The translations under genes were made by a program, and so were the position numbers. This document shows, one piece after another, positions 62,811-64,000 of a stretch of DNA of 64,000 nucleotides; position 1 is the first letter of the stretch; each line of letters starts with the position of its first letter. The stretch is from Ionaspis alba (taxonomy: Eukaryota): NCBI GenBank assembly GCA_964255285.1, contig CAXUUL010000006.1, forward strand, positions 1 through 64,000, given 5' to 3'. The notes beneath the pieces were generated by a model that was not told the DNA's origin, searched no databases, and saw nothing but the letters and a program-made list of their open reading frames with translations.

Positions 62811-64000
62811 ATGAGCAAAGACATGCGTTTAGATTCCGACAATTCAAACTCAACTTCGAACGGTACACGGTATCATGCAAATGGGGCTTCACCATCCCTC
62901 TTCGGAAAGGGGTCAACACCAGCTGCTACCAACGGATATGCACATACGAATGGCCATGCCTCACCCTACACAAATGGGTCTTCTTCGGTGACAGCGAATC
63001 CAAAGCCACCAACGTATTACGGACATGACCGGGAAGAGGTTGTCCGCTTGCTAATACAGGGCTTGAGCGATTTAGGCTATCAAGGGGCAGCCAATCAATT
63101 AGTTCAGGACAGTGGCTTCGAACTTGAAAGTCCCACGGTGGCGGCATTCCGACATGCCATCCTTGAAGGCGAATGGTCGGAAGCAGAGTCGTTATTGTTT
63201 GGTTCATCTTGTCCCGAAGACGGTGGCGGTGTTAGCATTAGTAATGGGCACACAACCCGTAACGATGGCCTTGTCTTGGCACAAGGGGTTGACAAAGATG
63301 AATTGAAGTTTCGGTTGAGGAGACAGAAGTACTTGGAGTTGCTTGAGCTACGGGATCATGGTGGAGCCTTGATGGTGTTACGGCAGGAGCTGACCCCTTT
63401 ACATCAAGATGTTGGCCAACTCCACGTGCTTTCTGGGTTAGTCCTTCCACCGGACCCTTACAAAGTCTCACTTTGGTTTTTTGTCCCTGCTAACAAAATT
63501 AACACACTAGTCTCATGGTTTGCCAGTCCGCTGACGAGTTGAAAACACAAGCTGGCTGGGATGGAGCCCACGGATCATCGAGGAAGACTTTGCTGTCAGA
63601 GATGTCAAGTTTGTAGAAGAATCTTTCTCCTCTAATAAGTGTCTAATAACTATCTTCAGAGTCGATATCACCATCTGTCATGATTCCTGATCACAGATTG
63701 GCTGTCCTGTTAGATCAAGTCAAGCAGAATCAGATCTCCAGATGTCTCTATCACAATCCTACCACATCGTCGTCGCTATTCTCAGACCACATCTGTGACC
63801 GGACTCAGTTTCCAGATCAGACCATTCTAGAGCTCAAGCAAGCCGACGAGGTCTGGTTTCTTGAATTTTCGCACGACGGGAAAATGCTAGCGACAAGCGG
63901 CCAAGACCATGTTGTAACTATTTACGACACTTCAAACTTCCAGATCGTGCACACGCTGACGGAACATTCTGATCCTGTTGCGTACTTGGCGTGGAGTCCC
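62811..64000 (+). CDS. GID7: GID/CTLH complex WD40 subunit Gid7/WDR26 (3' partial; possible CUG start at 62415)
   Basis: LisH-like REEVVRLLIQGLSDLGY, CTLH FR.AILEGEW..QKYLELLE..LRQELTPL, WDG..SR, MIPDHRLAVLL, CLYHN, SLFSDH.C, DEVWFLEFSHDG WD repeat; 2 introns seen. Confidence 0.9.

Overview
Gene-dense window from an intron-containing filamentous ascomycete (Pezizomycotina-type: 45-180 nt introns with CTRAY branch points). The species cannot be determined from the sequence. It opens with about 390 bp of AT-rich, RIP-like repeat debris. About 20 protein genes follow, mostly housekeeping: YIH1/IMPACT, YjbQ/UPF0047, TRA1, TFIIIC tau95, PP2A B56, YJU2, TLG1, METTL25-like methyltransferase, M14 carboxypeptidase, GCP5, COX6, ADE6, ELO elongase, RmlD/MAT2B-like, VPS1, VMA1 and a partial GID7/WDR26, plus three uncharacterised genes. 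I found no tRNA, rRNA, CRISPR array, intact transposon or biosynthetic cluster. The most interesting signals concern gene expression: (1) a probable CUG-initiated, NLS-bearing 132-aa extension of GID7/WDR26; (2) two consecutive GAG 3' splice sites required in VMA1, plus several AAG acceptors and two GC-AG introns; (3) a gene with two candidate alternative first exons; (4) a possible leaky-scanning membrane-anchored YjbQ isoform; (5) uORFs upstream of B56; (6) a B-box-like hairpin upstream of the TFIIIC subunit gene. All gene identities come from recognising motifs by eye and all splice models were built by hand; no database search was run.
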